Shown here: positions 12,415 to 24,563 of the stretch, piece by piece
How the letters are laid out: every line of letters starts with the position of its first letter
Numbering within the stretch: the stretch's first letter is position 1
Assembly: GCA_951406725.2 (NCBI GenBank)
Contig: OX597836.1
Span: 22,692,001-22,756,000, forward strand
Direction: 5' to 3'
Source of the DNA: Octopus vulgaris
Lineage: Eukaryota
Length of the DNA: 64,000 bases
The notes under the pieces: generated by a model
The model's input: the letters and a program-made list of their open reading frames with translations, nothing else
Database searches by the model: none
What the model was told of the DNA's origin: nothing
Position numbers and translations under genes: made by a program

Positions 12415-12580
12415 TAGGGAGAGTTTACGAAAAAAACAAAAGACGAAGACAGGTGGTGTACAAAACAAACAGCTGTATTAGTATAACACTCAGGAATCGA
12501 AAAAGTCTTTTACGTTTCGAGCCTACGCTCTTCTACAGAAAGGGACACAAAAAAATAAGGAGAGAAAAAAATGTGTGTCA
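12415..12580 (-). mobile_element. Penelope-like pseudo-LTR fragment with hammerhead-like motif
   Basis: Minus strand CTTT-CTGTAGAA-GAGC-GTAG-GCTC-GAAAC-GTA-AAAG. Further copies at 40935-41090 and 55655-55820. Confidence 0.55.
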
Positions 12581-13027
12581 TATATATTTATATATGCATG
12601 CGTGTGTGTGTGTGTGTGTGTGTGTGTAATTAATATAGATATCAATAAAGCCAGAGCTACTGCTGAAAAATGTGCATGGTGGAAGTTGCAAATGGAAGTA
12701 TAAGGATGTAAGTAAAAATGCCAAAATGACAGCAAAATAAGAAAATTACATTTATCATTTATCAGATTGTGTGTGCTTATGTACATGTATGTGTGAATAT
12801 GTATGTATGAGTCTGAATGTGGACAAATATGTGCACATTTGCGTACATATATGTATGTGCTTGTGTGCTAATTTGTGTATGTGTGGGTGTACTGTTGTAC
12901 GTATTCCAGTGAAAATAGATTTTTCTTTGCAGTGTAAATATCGAAAACATCAAAAGTGAAGTGGATAAACTTCCAAAGTCTTTTGTTACATCATGATAAC
13001 TGGTTACATAACTATAAATATGTGTGT

Positions 13028-13070
<43 letters not shown>

Positions 13071-13124
13071 TGTGTGTGTGTATGTGTGTGTGTGTATAGC
13101 TTTATATATATAGATATATATAGT

Positions 13125-13314
13125 AAGTTCACTTACTCGATATCTGCTTTGATTTATTAATCCCTATTACCTTTTATATATATATATATATATATACAAC
13201 GTCGTCGTAACCGACGGAGTGCTTCCATCATATATATATACATACACGTGTGTGTGTGTGTATAACAGGTAATAGGGATTAATAAATCAAGGCAGATATC
13301 TAGTAAGCGAACTT
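13125..13314. repeat. 48-bp inverted repeat around (TA)n/(TG)n
   Basis: 13125-13172 is the near reverse complement of 13267-13314. Confidence 0.85.
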
Positions 13315-14055
13315 GAAATGTTCTCTTAAGTATAGAAAACCATTTTATAAATTTCAATGGTAAATAACACATCGTTATAATTGCGTTTCCTATAATTTAA
13401 TAAGCATAATTTTTAAAAGTTTTTTTTTTTTTTATTTTATTTTAGAAACACCTGAATCTACTGACGTAGGAATTTCTATGCTTATTTTTTATTCTTTCAT
13501 TGCCTGTTGACATCATCACGAGTTTAAATACTAAACTGGCTTTTCTTAGCATATATTTCTTCCTAACACTCTCTTTTTGCCTGCAATCATCAATTACAAC
13601 CATTTTATCAGCTCACTTTAAATTCAAGCTTTTATGTGTTGCCTTCATAACACTGAGTTCACATAAATTTTGGATATCTTGAATGTTACAATTGATCCAA
13701 TATAGATATTTTGTACTTTATTCTGCATCCAGATGTGTTTACACAATAGAAATGATTATTGGAACTGTATGATGTAGTCCTCTAATAAAGATGTGATGTT
13801 CTCCACTTTTATTGATGTTTTTGTTTTATAAATATATATATATATATATATAATAGACACAATATATGTTTTACTATTAGTTTCATGTGCTGAGAGCATG
13901 CCAGACAGTATTTTTTAACTCGTCTGTTGAGATTTTCTGAAACTAACCCATGCCAGCATGGAACAATGGGCATTAGATGAAGATGACAATGACGATGATT
14001 ATGATGATGATGGTGGTGGTGGTGGTGGTGGTGATGATGTTGATGTCGATGATGA

Positions 14056-14089
<34 letters not shown>

Positions 14090-14142
14090 GGTGGTGATGT
14101 TGATATCGATGATGATGATGATGTTGATGATGATGATGATAT

Positions 14143-14555
14143 ATTCTTTTATTCTTTTACTTGTTTCAGTCATTTGATTGTCATCATGCTAGAGCACTAC
14201 CTTGAAGGGTTTTAGTCGAACAAATCAACCCCAGGGGTTATTTTTTTTAAGCCTAGTACTTTTTTTATCGATCTCTTTTATTGAACTGCTATGTTACAGG
14301 GACATAAACACACTAACATCGGTTGTGAAGCGATGGTGGAGGACAAACACATATACAAAGGCACACACACACAGATATATACATACATACACGATAGGCT
14401 TCTTTCATTTTCCACCTACCAAATTCACTCACATAGCTTTGGTCAGTCCAAGATTATAGTAGAAAACACTTGCCCAGAGTGCCACTCAGTGGAGACTGAA
14501 CTTGGAATCATTTGGTTGTGAAGCAAGCTTCTTACCGCACAACCATGACTGTGCC
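14143..14555 (-). mobile_element. CORE-type tRNA SINE (diverged)
   Basis: Similarity to the family across its length. Confidence 0.75.
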
Positions 14556-14631
14556 TGCCTGCCTGCCTGCCTGCCTGCCTGCATGCATGCATGCATGCAT
14601 GCATACATACATACATACATACATACATACA

Positions 14632-14665
<34 letters not shown>

Positions 14666-14666
<1 letters not shown>

Positions 14667-15926
14667 TACATTGACAAGAAAGCTCTTGCAGTTTTTAACC
14701 TCTAAATTCAGAAGCACATATCTCGGCTCAAACAAAACTTTATTAATCAAAATAAACACCATCAGAATCAACACACTTTTGCCAATGCGAAACAAGTTTA
14801 TTTATGCCAGTAGCATAAAAATCCTGTGTTCTGGTGCCGATGAAGTCGTTGAAGGCGTGTTTGGTATCGTCTTGGTTTTTGATACATTTCTCATACAGGA
14901 AGTTGTCAAGATGCTTGAAAAAGTGGCAGTCGGTAGGCAAGAGGTCTGGTGAGCATGGCAGATGAGTCAGAGTTTCATAGCCCAATTCATTCAACTTCTG
15001 CAGGGTCAGTTGTGCCACATGTGGCCAAACATTGTTGTGGAGAAGAATTGGTCCTTTTCTATTGACCAATGCTGGCTGTTGTTGTCAGAGTTTCTTATGC
15101 ATTTCATCCATTTGCTTACAGTACTTCTCCGCCATAATGGTTTTGCCTGGATCCAAAAAGCTGTCATGGATGAGATCGGCCGCAGACCACCAAACAGTCA
15201 CCTTGACCTTCTTTTGGTGTAACTTTGGTTTCAGGAAGCACCATGGAGCTTTGTCGGCATCCAGCCACTGAGCTGAGCATCGCCAGTTGTCATAAAGAAT
15301 CCACTTTTCATCACAAGTCCCAATCCGGTCGAGAAACGGATCATTCTTGTTGCGTAAAAGAAGAGAAGACAACACTTCAAAACAGCGTCTTTTTTTTGGT
15401 TGTTCAATTCGTGCTGCACCCATTTCTCAAGTATTTTTGTTTTTCCAATCTCTTTCAAGTGGTTGGAAATTGTCGTATACGCTACGTCTAATTCAGAAGC
15501 AAGCTCTCAAACAGTTGTGCGTGGATTGGCTTCAACTAAGGCTCCCAGTTGATCATTGTCAGCATTCGATGGCCGACCACTACGCTTATCATCTTCAAGA
15601 CTCTCATCACCGCTATGAAATTTCTTGAACCACCATTGTGCTGTACATTCATTAGCGGTTCCTGGGCCAAATGCATTGTTGATATCATGAGCTGTTTCAG
15701 CAGCTTAGAATAAAAAAATTGTGCAAATTTGCTTTTTGTCCATGTTGTCTTCAACGTTCCAAAAAAATGGCTTAATTATTTAAAAAGGGAAAGAGTAACA
15801 CACTTAGAGGAAAAATGGGCTTTAAAATGATATATAAAGTCAAAGTAATTTAACGAAAATTAATTTGAAAATACATCATTTAAAACCAAAATTTAAAATT
15901 CCACAAGAACTTTCTTGACAACCTAA
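14666..15926 (-). mobile_element. Full-length decayed mariner (DD34D) transposon
   Basis: TIRs TTACATTGACAAGAAAGCTCTTG / CAAGAACTTTCTTGACAACCTAA with TA on both sides. Frameshifted transposase has WVQHEL, FLDRIGTCDEKWILYDN, LLHNNVWPHVA and SPDLLPTDCHFF. Confidence 0.92.
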
Positions 15927-15949
15927 TATTTATTAAATAAGTAACAGTA

Positions 15950-16275
15950 CAGAGGTACAGGTGCCAATCCATGACACCTGTTCGCACACATGCATCATAC
16001 AGTCTACTTTTCACTCTGAGTGAGAGGCCCTTTGTTACTAGCTGAGGTGGGAGCTCTCTGAACTTTACCCAGGCTATTCTTATTCTAGTAGCTACACTCT
16101 AAGTGTACCCGCCCCACTACAGACTTGGTCACCTAAGTAGTGGAAGCTATCATCTACTTCTAGTTTTTCCCTCTGTCATGTGATGAGATCTGTTTTCTGT
16201 ACATCATCCTTGTTATTGCACTTGTGTATCTGTGTATCTTCCCAGTTAGTCTTCCTTTGATATTGCTGCACCTCT
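15950..16275 (-). mobile_element. RTE-clade LINE ORF fragment
   Basis: The minus strand encodes RIRIAWVKFRELPPQLVTKGLSLRVKSRLYDACVRT. A second copy lies at 27597-27860. Confidence 0.7.
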
Positions 16276-16282
16276 TATGAGT

Positions 16283-16577
16283 CAATGGCCCGGTGGTTAG
16301 GGTAGTGGACTCATGGTCGTAGGATTACAGTTTCGATTCCCAGACCAGGTGTTGTGAGTGTTTATTTAGCGAAAACACCTAAAGCTCCACAAGCTCTGGC
16401 AGGGGGAGGTGGCGATCCCAGCTGTACTCTTTCACCACAACTTTCTCTCACTCTTTCTTCCATTGGCATGCACCCTTAGCCAGCGGGGTGGCATCATTTG
16501 AAGGCTAAAACAATGTGAAGCGCATTGTGACCAGCGATGTACAGCAACATCTGATAGCCTGGTCAGTCACGGTGATA
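16283..16577 (+). mobile_element. tRNA(Arg-like)-derived SINE, tail type 2
   Basis: Same head and body as 5670-5860 and 63818-64000, but a different 3' tail (GAAGGCTAAAACAATG...GGTGATA). Confidence 0.8.
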
Positions 16578-16602
16578 CACACACACACACATATATAAAC
16601 AT

Positions 16603-16653
<51 letters not shown>

Positions 16654-17311
16654 CCATTACTCAAAGCACTAAACTCTTGGTATGTATTTTCAGGTATCAG
16701 TGGAATCCTATGTTCTGAGCGATGTCTTCCACATTAAATAACTACCAGAAGTGGTACCAGTCTCTTTTCTCCAATAAGTTCTTGGAAGAATTCGAGCGAG
16801 TGGCCCTGATGTTCTTTATCTCTTAGATGAGTGCTCGAGCCCAACCATTGCAGTCTGTGTCAGTGTTAATTGATTTGTTGGCCAAAAGTGATGAACAAAA
16901 ACAGCAGACGGCTCGATATATGGCAGCAAGCCAACTATTGTGGCTGCACTGCCAAGTTGATAGAGCAAAGTATGGTATTAATCTGTAATTATTGACTGTA
17001 TAGAGATGGGGGGAGGAAAGAGAGGGAGAGGAAGAGAAGAAGGAGGGAGAGTGGAGGGAGAGGAAGGAGGGAGAGAGAGTGGGAGAAAAGAGAGAAACTA
17101 GAAGAGAAAACAAGAGAGGAGAGGGGACAGGGAGAGAAAAAGAGTAGGAGGGAAAGAAAAAGAGAGGGAGAGAGGGAAAGGGAGAAGGAAAGAAAAAGAG
17201 AAAGGGAGGGAGAGACTGGATGATAAAAAGAGGTGGACAGACGGATAGAAAGAAATGGAAACCATATTTCACACACACACACATTTTATTGATGTCGTGA
17301 TTAGACTTATT

Positions 17312-18300
17312 AAGGCAATGAACTGACAAAATCGTTAGCACACCTAGCAAAATGCTTAGAGGTGTTTCATCCATCTTCATGTTCTGAGTTCAAATTCCAC
17401 TTAGGCTGACTTTGCCTTTCGTCCTTTCAGGGTCAATAAAATAAGTACCAGTTGAGCACTGGGATCAGTTTAATTGTCTCACCCCTCCCCACTGAAATTG
17501 CTGGCCTTGTGCCAAAATTTGAAACTATTATTATCATTGTTATTGCTGCTGTCTTCTTCTTCCAATCAGGACTCACGCCATTAGCCACAAAGAATAATCT
17601 CTAATTCGAGCCTACTCTAAGCTATTAAGAATGAGTGTGACAACTTGAAGATCTACCTACCACACGCGATAGACTGGCAGTTGCACGGGCGCGAAAGCTA
17701 TGTTGTTATCCTCATTCCATAAACGGTGGCTTTTAACGGGTGGAGAGCTGAACCATCCTGGGGTACAGAGGATTCGCAATCTAGACTAGGGTCTGAAAGT
17801 TTACCACACCATAGTGGGTTACACCATGCTTAGCAGCATTTCATCTGTCTTTATGTTCTGAGTTCAAATTTCGCTGAGGTTGACTTTACCTCTCATCCTT
17901 TTGGGGTCAATGAAATAAGTACAAGTTGAGTCCTGCGGTCAATATCGTCAACTTAACCCTACCCCCTGCTAAAATTACTGGCCTTGCGCCAAAATTTGAA
18001 ACCATTTTTGTTAGACTTGTTATGACAGTGAACAGGCAGAGTTGTTAACATGCTGAGTAAAATGTCTAGTGGCATTTAATCTGTCTTTACATTCTGAGTT
18101 CAAATTCCACCAAGTTCAACTTTGCCTTTCTTCATTTTGGGATTGATGAAATAAGTACCAGTTGAAAACTGGGGTCAATGTAATTGACTTATACCTCCTC
18201 TGATATTGCTGGTCTTGTGTCAAAATTTGAAATCATTATTATTAGACTTGTCAGAATCATTAAAGTAACAAACAAAATGCTTTGTAGTATTTTAATCCAG
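17312..18300 (+). mobile_element. Head-to-tail array of Meta-type SINEs with an unidentified insert (about 17560-17820)
   Basis: Three to four units ending GTGCCAAAATTTGAAA.C.ATT. Confidence 0.75.
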
Positions 18301-18306
18301 TTTAAT

Positions 18307-18482
18307 CTATAGCCAAGCCAGTATTTATAGTCTAGCCTATCTCTATAGCCAAGTCAGTGCTTATAGCCAAACCTGTACCTATAGCTAAACCAGCACCTAT
18401 TGCCACGATTGTGCCAATAGCCAAAACTGCACCTATAGCCAAGCCAATGCTAATAATCATAATTGTGCCTATAGCTAAGTCA
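18307..18482. repeat. 18-bp minisatellite (CTATAGCCAAGCCAGTGC-like)
   Basis: ATAGCCAA recurs with an 18-bp period over about 10 units. Confidence 0.75.
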
Positions 18483-18869
18483 TCATCCCTATATTTAAAA
18501 ATGAGCTTTAACATACAGCAGTGACCTCATCCCCAAATCAGAAATCCTTTTATATGAAATCTTGATAGATCACCAAACAAAATCAATAGTAATCAATGTC
18601 AATAGCTCATCTCTAGAATCAATGAATTAGTTATGAAGCTGATATGGACTTGGTTTAATCAACTGTACTCCACCTCCATGCTGGTCTATTGAATCTTTTG
18701 ATCTTTGACCAATGTCAGAATTTATTGCTATTATATATGACATGTGCCATAATGCTGTGATAAATGGGACATTGGAAGCCAAATTCTTTGATTTTTGTTG
18801 GTTTTTTTTTTACTCACTGGGTTTGGATGTAGGGTTAATGCTCATGGCCTTATCGGGCTTTTGAGGTCG

Positions 18870-19540
18870 ATGAGACTGTTGCTGTTGATATTCCGCTTGA
18901 ATCTTTGTAAGTCAACAACAGTGAGACAGAAAGACATGAGCAAGGGAAGAATTCCAGAGGGCCAAAGTTCTGGGAAAGAGAAGACCATGGTAGTGAGTGC
19001 AGGGTCTGGAGATGGAGGCAAATAGGTCAAGAATACTTGAGCAGGATAGCATGAGCCCAGCCAGATTCAAAGGGCAGAATTCATTATAAAAAAATTTATT
19101 TACTACCTACAAGGGGCTAAACACAGAGGGGACAAACAAGGACAGACAAACGGATTAAGTCAATTACATCGACCCCAGTGCGTAACTAGTACTTAATTTA
19201 TCGACCCCGAAAGGATGAAAGGCAAAGTCGACCTCGGCAGAATTTGAACTCAGAACGTAACGGCAGACAAAATACCACTAAGCATTTTGGCCGGCGAGCT
19301 AACATTTCTGCCAGTTCAGCCATTATAGAAGTAGTGTAAACGGCAGAGAAATGAAACAGTGCAGCCCCCTAGGCCAGACAAAGAAGTACGTCTTATAAAT
19401 GATTTTAGGCCAATCAGTTTTATGGCCCTTTCCCTGAGTGTGGTCTGAGTTGTCTGTGTATGCAGCACCAACAGCACTGTCCCAGTTGTGGGAGCAGTGT
19501 TCTATTGTGGGCCTTACTAGTGCTTTTTTGAGTACCAAAA
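18870..19540 (-). mobile_element. CR1/Jockey-group LINE 3' fragment interrupted by a SINE
   Basis: KALVRPTIEHCSHNWD..., then FPRTLALWNSSLAHVF-like and VDLQRFKRNIN motifs across frameshifts. Confidence 0.6.
19095..19322 (-). mobile_element. Meta-type SINE
   Basis: Near-consensus copy flanked by CATTATA (19082-19088 / 19321-19327). Confidence 0.85.
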
Positions 19541-19791
19541 ATTATCTGAGTATGTAGAGAAGCTTGCTTCCCAACCACATGGTTCCAGGTTCAGTTCCCA
19601 CTACACAATGTCTGCCTTTATATTTTGAATTCAATTTCTGCTGAAGTTGACTTTGCCTTTCTTCCTTTAGGGATCAATGAAATAAGTACCAGTTGTGCAC
19701 TGGGGTCAATGTAATTGAACTGCTCCCTCTCCCCAATTTTACTGGTGCTCCAAGACTGGAAGGAAGGAGGGAGGATTCTCAAACAGCAGAT

Positions 19792-20260
19792 GAGGTATAA
19801 TGTGGAAATATGGGATTGAGGTAAAATGTGAGTTTATGGGATTGAGGCAAAATGTGGGTTTATGGGATTGAGGTTTAATGTGGAAATATGGGATTGAGGT
19901 AAAATGTGGGTTTATGGAATTGAGGCAAAATGTGGGTTTATGGGATTGTGGTTTAATGTGGAAATATGGGATTGAGGTAAAATGTGGGTTTATGGGATTG
20001 AGGTATAATGTGGAAATATGGGACTGTGGTAAAACGTGGGTTTGTGGAATTGAGGCAAAATGTGGGTTTATGGGATTGAGGTGAAATGTGGAAATATGGG
20101 ACTGAAGTGAAATGTGGGCTTATGGGATTGTGGTAAAATGTGGGTTTATGGGTCTGAGGTAAAAATGTAGGATTATAGTAAAATGTGGGATAATGGAATT
20201 TAGGTACAAATGTGAGATTATAGGATTGAAGTAAAATGTTAGACAGAGGTAGGAAATGCA
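19792..20260. repeat. 21-bp minisatellite
   Basis: Units ATGTGG(AAAT|GTTT)ATGGGATTGAGG(T|C)AAA, about 22 copies. Confidence 0.9.
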
Positions 20261-20436
20261 TTACAGATTCATAGACAGTCAACAAGTGACCACCATGTAT
20301 GAAGTATATTTCTGACCCTTTAGGGTAAAGGAAAGCAAATATTTACTCTATGCATGAGGTTTTTCCTCTTTTCTTTTTGTCATGTTCAAATACATGAGGT
20401 GGCCGATTTAAGACTAGGAGTGGCAGTGATGATGGT

Positions 20437-20474
<38 letters not shown>

Positions 20475-20866
20475 TAGTAGTGTTGCTTTGTTATTTGAGC
20501 AACCAACACACCAACAGTCCCAATAACTGACAAAAATCTGGTGGTTTTATAAGGATGGGGGTGGGGAATGGGGATGGCTGAGGATTCTTTTAAACACAAA
20601 ACTATTAAATTACAGACATTAACACAATAATTCTTCCAGATCTCTTGTATTATCAAAACCAATTTTTGCTTCTGTCCTTCACCCTCACCAAACCTTTTTC
20701 ATCCACACACATATTATATTCACAGAAACAGAATTTCGGTCTGTGGGAACGAAAAATATTCACAAGATCAGAAGAGAAATTTCTACAGTGGAACTCAACT
20801 AAGAAGAACTATTTTCTCATCACACTGCCCAATTAGGGGATTTTATAAAACATACCAGGATACACA

Positions 20867-20898
<32 letters not shown>

Positions 20899-21043
20899 TA
20901 CATACATACTCACACATGCACACATGCAGTCACACACACACATGCACACACACACACACATGCATGCTTGCACACACACACACACATATTTATATGTACT
21001 ATGTATGTATGTATGTATGTATGTATGTATGTATGTATGTATG

Positions 21044-21074
<31 letters not shown>

Positions 21075-21103
21075 GTATGTATATTATCATCATGATCTAA
21101 TCA

Positions 21104-21154
<51 letters not shown>

Positions 21155-21559
21155 CATCATGATCTGATCACATCCACATAGACAATATATATATACAAGA
21201 TGATGATGATGATACACACAGACACACACATATATATATATACTTATGCAATATACATATGAATACGCATAGGCAAGTTTATAGGTGTGTGTGTGAGTTT
21301 GTGCATGAGTGTGTCTATGTTGCACACACATATTTATACTGAGCGATTTGAGGATATAAACATTTAAGCTATATAAACAAATATACATGCAAACACCAAA
21401 CACACACATCAGCATTTAACATCCACTTTTGCCAGCCTTGCATGGGTTGAATGCAATTTATTTGAGGCACAATTTCTACAACCAAACGCCTTTCCTGTCA
21501 CCCCCCTCCGCATGGTTCCATGCAAGGCAATATTTCCCTATGGGCCAGAAGGCCAAGCA

Positions 21560-21904
21560 TGTTGTTCAAGGACCTATCTGCAGTAACTATAGCGAAAACT
21601 TTATTTACCAATTGGATGTTAAGATTTGGCATACCAAAAACAGTGACAACAGATCACGGTAGACAATTTGAGTCTAGCCTGTTCGCAGAATTCAATAAAT
21701 TGTTGGGGATTAATAGAATTCGTTCAACTTCATATCACCCACAATCTAACGGCATGATAGAAAGGTTTCGTAGGCAGTTGAAATCTTCATTAAGAACTTA
21801 TTTTGATTCTAACAGTTGGTTAGAAGCCTTACCAGTGGTATTGTTAGGAATTAGAAGTGCTGTTAAAGAAAATTTACAATGTTCTCCTGCTGAACTCTTG
21901 TACG
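21560..21904 (+). pseudogene. Gypsy/Ty3 LTR-retrotransposon integrase fragment (5' part)
   Basis: RFGIPKTVTTDHGRQFES...TSYHPQSNGMIERF...SPAELLY (rve D..E core). Confidence 0.88.
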
Positions 21905-22391
21905 TGTAGCGGTAGCTGATATCCTCACTGTTTGAGAGACACAACAGGAATGATCTCATTTGAGATTACAGCCAGTTTTGGCTGGGTTGTTCCTGTTGTG
22001 TCCACTGATCTGATTGGTTGACATGTGGCGCTGTTTGTCTCTACTTTAATTCGCGCCACTGTCCAAAGCCAACTAATCACGGCCTTAGGATAAGGTCACA
22101 TGACACAGTCTTTTGGATGTTCTTCAGGAGCCTCTAGAATGCTTTAAAAGGCCTCAGAATTTACCATTCCAGGTCTTTGGTCTTCGGCCATTGACCACAC
22201 CACCATGTTCCTGCTACAGCCAGCGACAACGCCAACATACACCAGCAACGCAGGACGTCTCCACCACTGTCGCCGTTCTCTACCGTCGCCATCACCACCT
22301 TCGACCTCATCGATGGGTACACAGCAACACGCTCAAGTTTAGCTTACTCGCTGTTCGTGTAGACACACCTAGGTTAACAACACAACTCTAC

Positions 22392-22577
22392 CTATTTCTT
22401 TACTACCCACAAGGGGCTAAACACGGAGGGGACAAACAAGGACAGACAAATGGATTAAGTCGATTACATCGACCCCAGTACGTAACTGGTACTTAATTTA
22501 TCGACCCCGAAAGGATGAAAGGCAAAGTCGACCTCAGTGGAATTTGAACTCAGAACATAACGGCAGACAAAATGCGG
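22392..22577 (-). mobile_element. Meta-type SINE (5'-truncated)
   Basis: Near-consensus core and tail. Confidence 0.85.
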
Positions 22578-22759
22578 CTTGGCGAAATCTTCTGTACCGA
22601 TGTAACCTGGCAAATGGATCGAAGCCCCAACTTCTACATGCGTAGTAACTGCTCTCCTCTTTGCCCCAACTTCATTGACACAGAACAAACTGCTATTGTG
22701 TACCTTACGAACTGGTATTTATCTCTATCTTGTGTCTGGACATTTCTATTTGTTCTCTA

Positions 22760-22993
22760 GGCGGCAAGCTGGCAGAAACGTTAGCACACCAGGCGAAATG
22801 CCTGGCCGTATTTTGTCTGCCGTTACGTTCTCAGTTCAAATTCCGCCGACGTCGACTTTGCCTTTCATCCTTTCGGGGTCGATAAATTAAGTACCAGTTA
22901 CGCACTGGGGTCGATGTAATCGATTTGATCCGTTTGTCTGTCCTTGTTTGTCCCTTCTGTGTTTAGCCCCTTGTGGGTAGTAAAGAAATACAG
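22760..22993 (+). mobile_element. Meta-type SINE, full length
   Basis: 16-bp TSD TTCTATTTGTTCTCTA (22744-22759 / 22994-23009). Confidence 0.92.
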
Positions 22994-23188
22994 TTCTATT
23001 TGTTCTCTATGTTCACCCTTATAACACACATACACAAACACTTGTTGCATGCACACATACACAACACTTGCTAGCACTCACAACCCTCTAACCTTAACAC
23101 CTTGTAAATAAAATTTTATCTTCTGTCAAACAGTAGAATGGCTTGTCCTCATTCATTTATATTCTGTTGGCACTGTATTGTATAAGTT

Positions 23189-23623
23189 AGTTAGTTAGCT
23201 AGTTAGTTAGTTAGTTAATTTGGCTCAAAAGCAAATAGCAAGGCCATGTAGGGGGACATGGAGTTAAGTACAGGGTGGTGTTCATGTAAAGAGTTCAGGC
23301 CACTTGAGGTCGAGGGAGGCTTTGAACAAAGCGGTCGTCGGCATCTTCACCATCTCATCTGGCAGCTTGTTCCACGGATCCGCAACCCGGATGGAGAAAG
23401 CCCCTCTCCTTCGATTGAGATGAAATCGTCGCAGGTAGAGCTTTTCGGAATGACCCCGCAGCCGACGCTCTGGAGCAGGAGTGAAGAACAGCTCTTTCGA
23501 GAGGTTACACTTTCCGCTTATGATGTTGTGGGCGAGAATGAGATCACCACGGCGGCGGCGTTTTTCAAGAGAATAAAGGTCGAGCGTCCTCAGCCTTTCT
23601 TCATAGGACAAATTTTTGTCCTT
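23189..23623 (-). mobile_element. CR1-clade LINE 3' end with (TAAC)n tail
   Basis: ORF 23282-23611 SYEERLRTLDLYSLEKRRRRGDLI...RGH...FSIRVADPWNKLP. 11-bp TSD TTGTATAAGTT (23178-23188 / 23624-23634). Confidence 0.9.
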
Positions 23624-23712
23624 TTGTATAAGTTGTGTTATGGCTCATCTTATTTTTGTTAGGGATGCGACCGTGTGGCTTACAAAGGAGACCTATGCCA
23701 CCAACCTCTTCA

Positions 23713-24060
23713 CACACATTAACTCTACCTGGTCAAATGTTCAAAGAAACCAATTCTTTTAATGGAGATGTTAATGATTATGTAACTCGTCTTCAGAGAT
23801 TTCTTACTCTTTCTTCCTTCTTTTACAAGAAAATTGCAAAATGTTAAAAGTTTTGTTCCTTCGGATATAAATTCTTGGACTCATGTATTTGTACGTAACG
23901 ATGCTGCTCATAATTCACTGGAATATAAATACACTGGACCTTTTAAAGTCTTGTCAATTAGAGACAAAACTATGACTTTGGAGATGAATGGTAAAAAAAG
24001 AGATTGTCAGTGTCGACAGAGTAAAAAAAGCTTATTTCGACCAATATTCATGTCATGAAA
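23713..24060 (+). pseudogene. Gypsy integrase fragment (3' part, GPY/F region)
   Basis: TLTLPGQMF...THVFVRND...YTGPFKVL...VSVDRVKKAY across frameshifts. Confidence 0.8.
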
Positions 24061-24523
24061 ATGAAGATGTGAGCAATACATATCGACATAGTTTGAAACA
24101 AAGTGAGATTCAAACCAACAAATCTTATGTTAATGGAAACACAAAGTCAATTTTGAAATCACCTAAAAAAACTTTCTCAGTTTGTTTGAGGATTTTCAAA
24201 ATATTTTTTATATTCCTGGATTATATATATAAAAAAATTTTTTTTTTTCCAGTGAAATGAAATGAACTGTATATGGAAATTATAATTGTAAAGCCGTATT
24301 GGAAAGGCTAATTTCATATGTTTAACATGTAATTTATAAATGCATTGTATATATTGATGTGTTATAACAAACGGCGTAAATTAACGAAGGTATAAACCTG
24401 ACGGAAATACACGAAGTTGACTACTTTCACTTCTGACAACCAAAGGCATGACAGTGCCTAATATTTTTCTGTTGAAATCCGTTTTAAGGCGGTAAATAGC
24501 TTAATTAAAGATGTGTCTATACA

Positions 24524-24563
<40 letters not shown>

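Larger units (their letters stand above)
21905..23712 (+). mobile_element. Solo-LTR-like insertion splitting the integrase, itself carrying nested elements
   Basis: Starts TGTAG and ends CTTCA, with an AATAAA near 23107. The integrase frame stops at its left edge and resumes at its right edge. No clear TSD. Confidence 0.5.

Noticed and set aside
14743-15754. SETMAR-like domesticated transposase gene
   Set aside because: It has multiple frameshifts and altered catalytic motifs and lies between TIRs with TA TSDs, so it is a dead mariner.
19792-20260. CRISPR-like periodicity
   Set aside because: The units are contiguous with no unique spacers, there are no cas genes and the context is eukaryotic.
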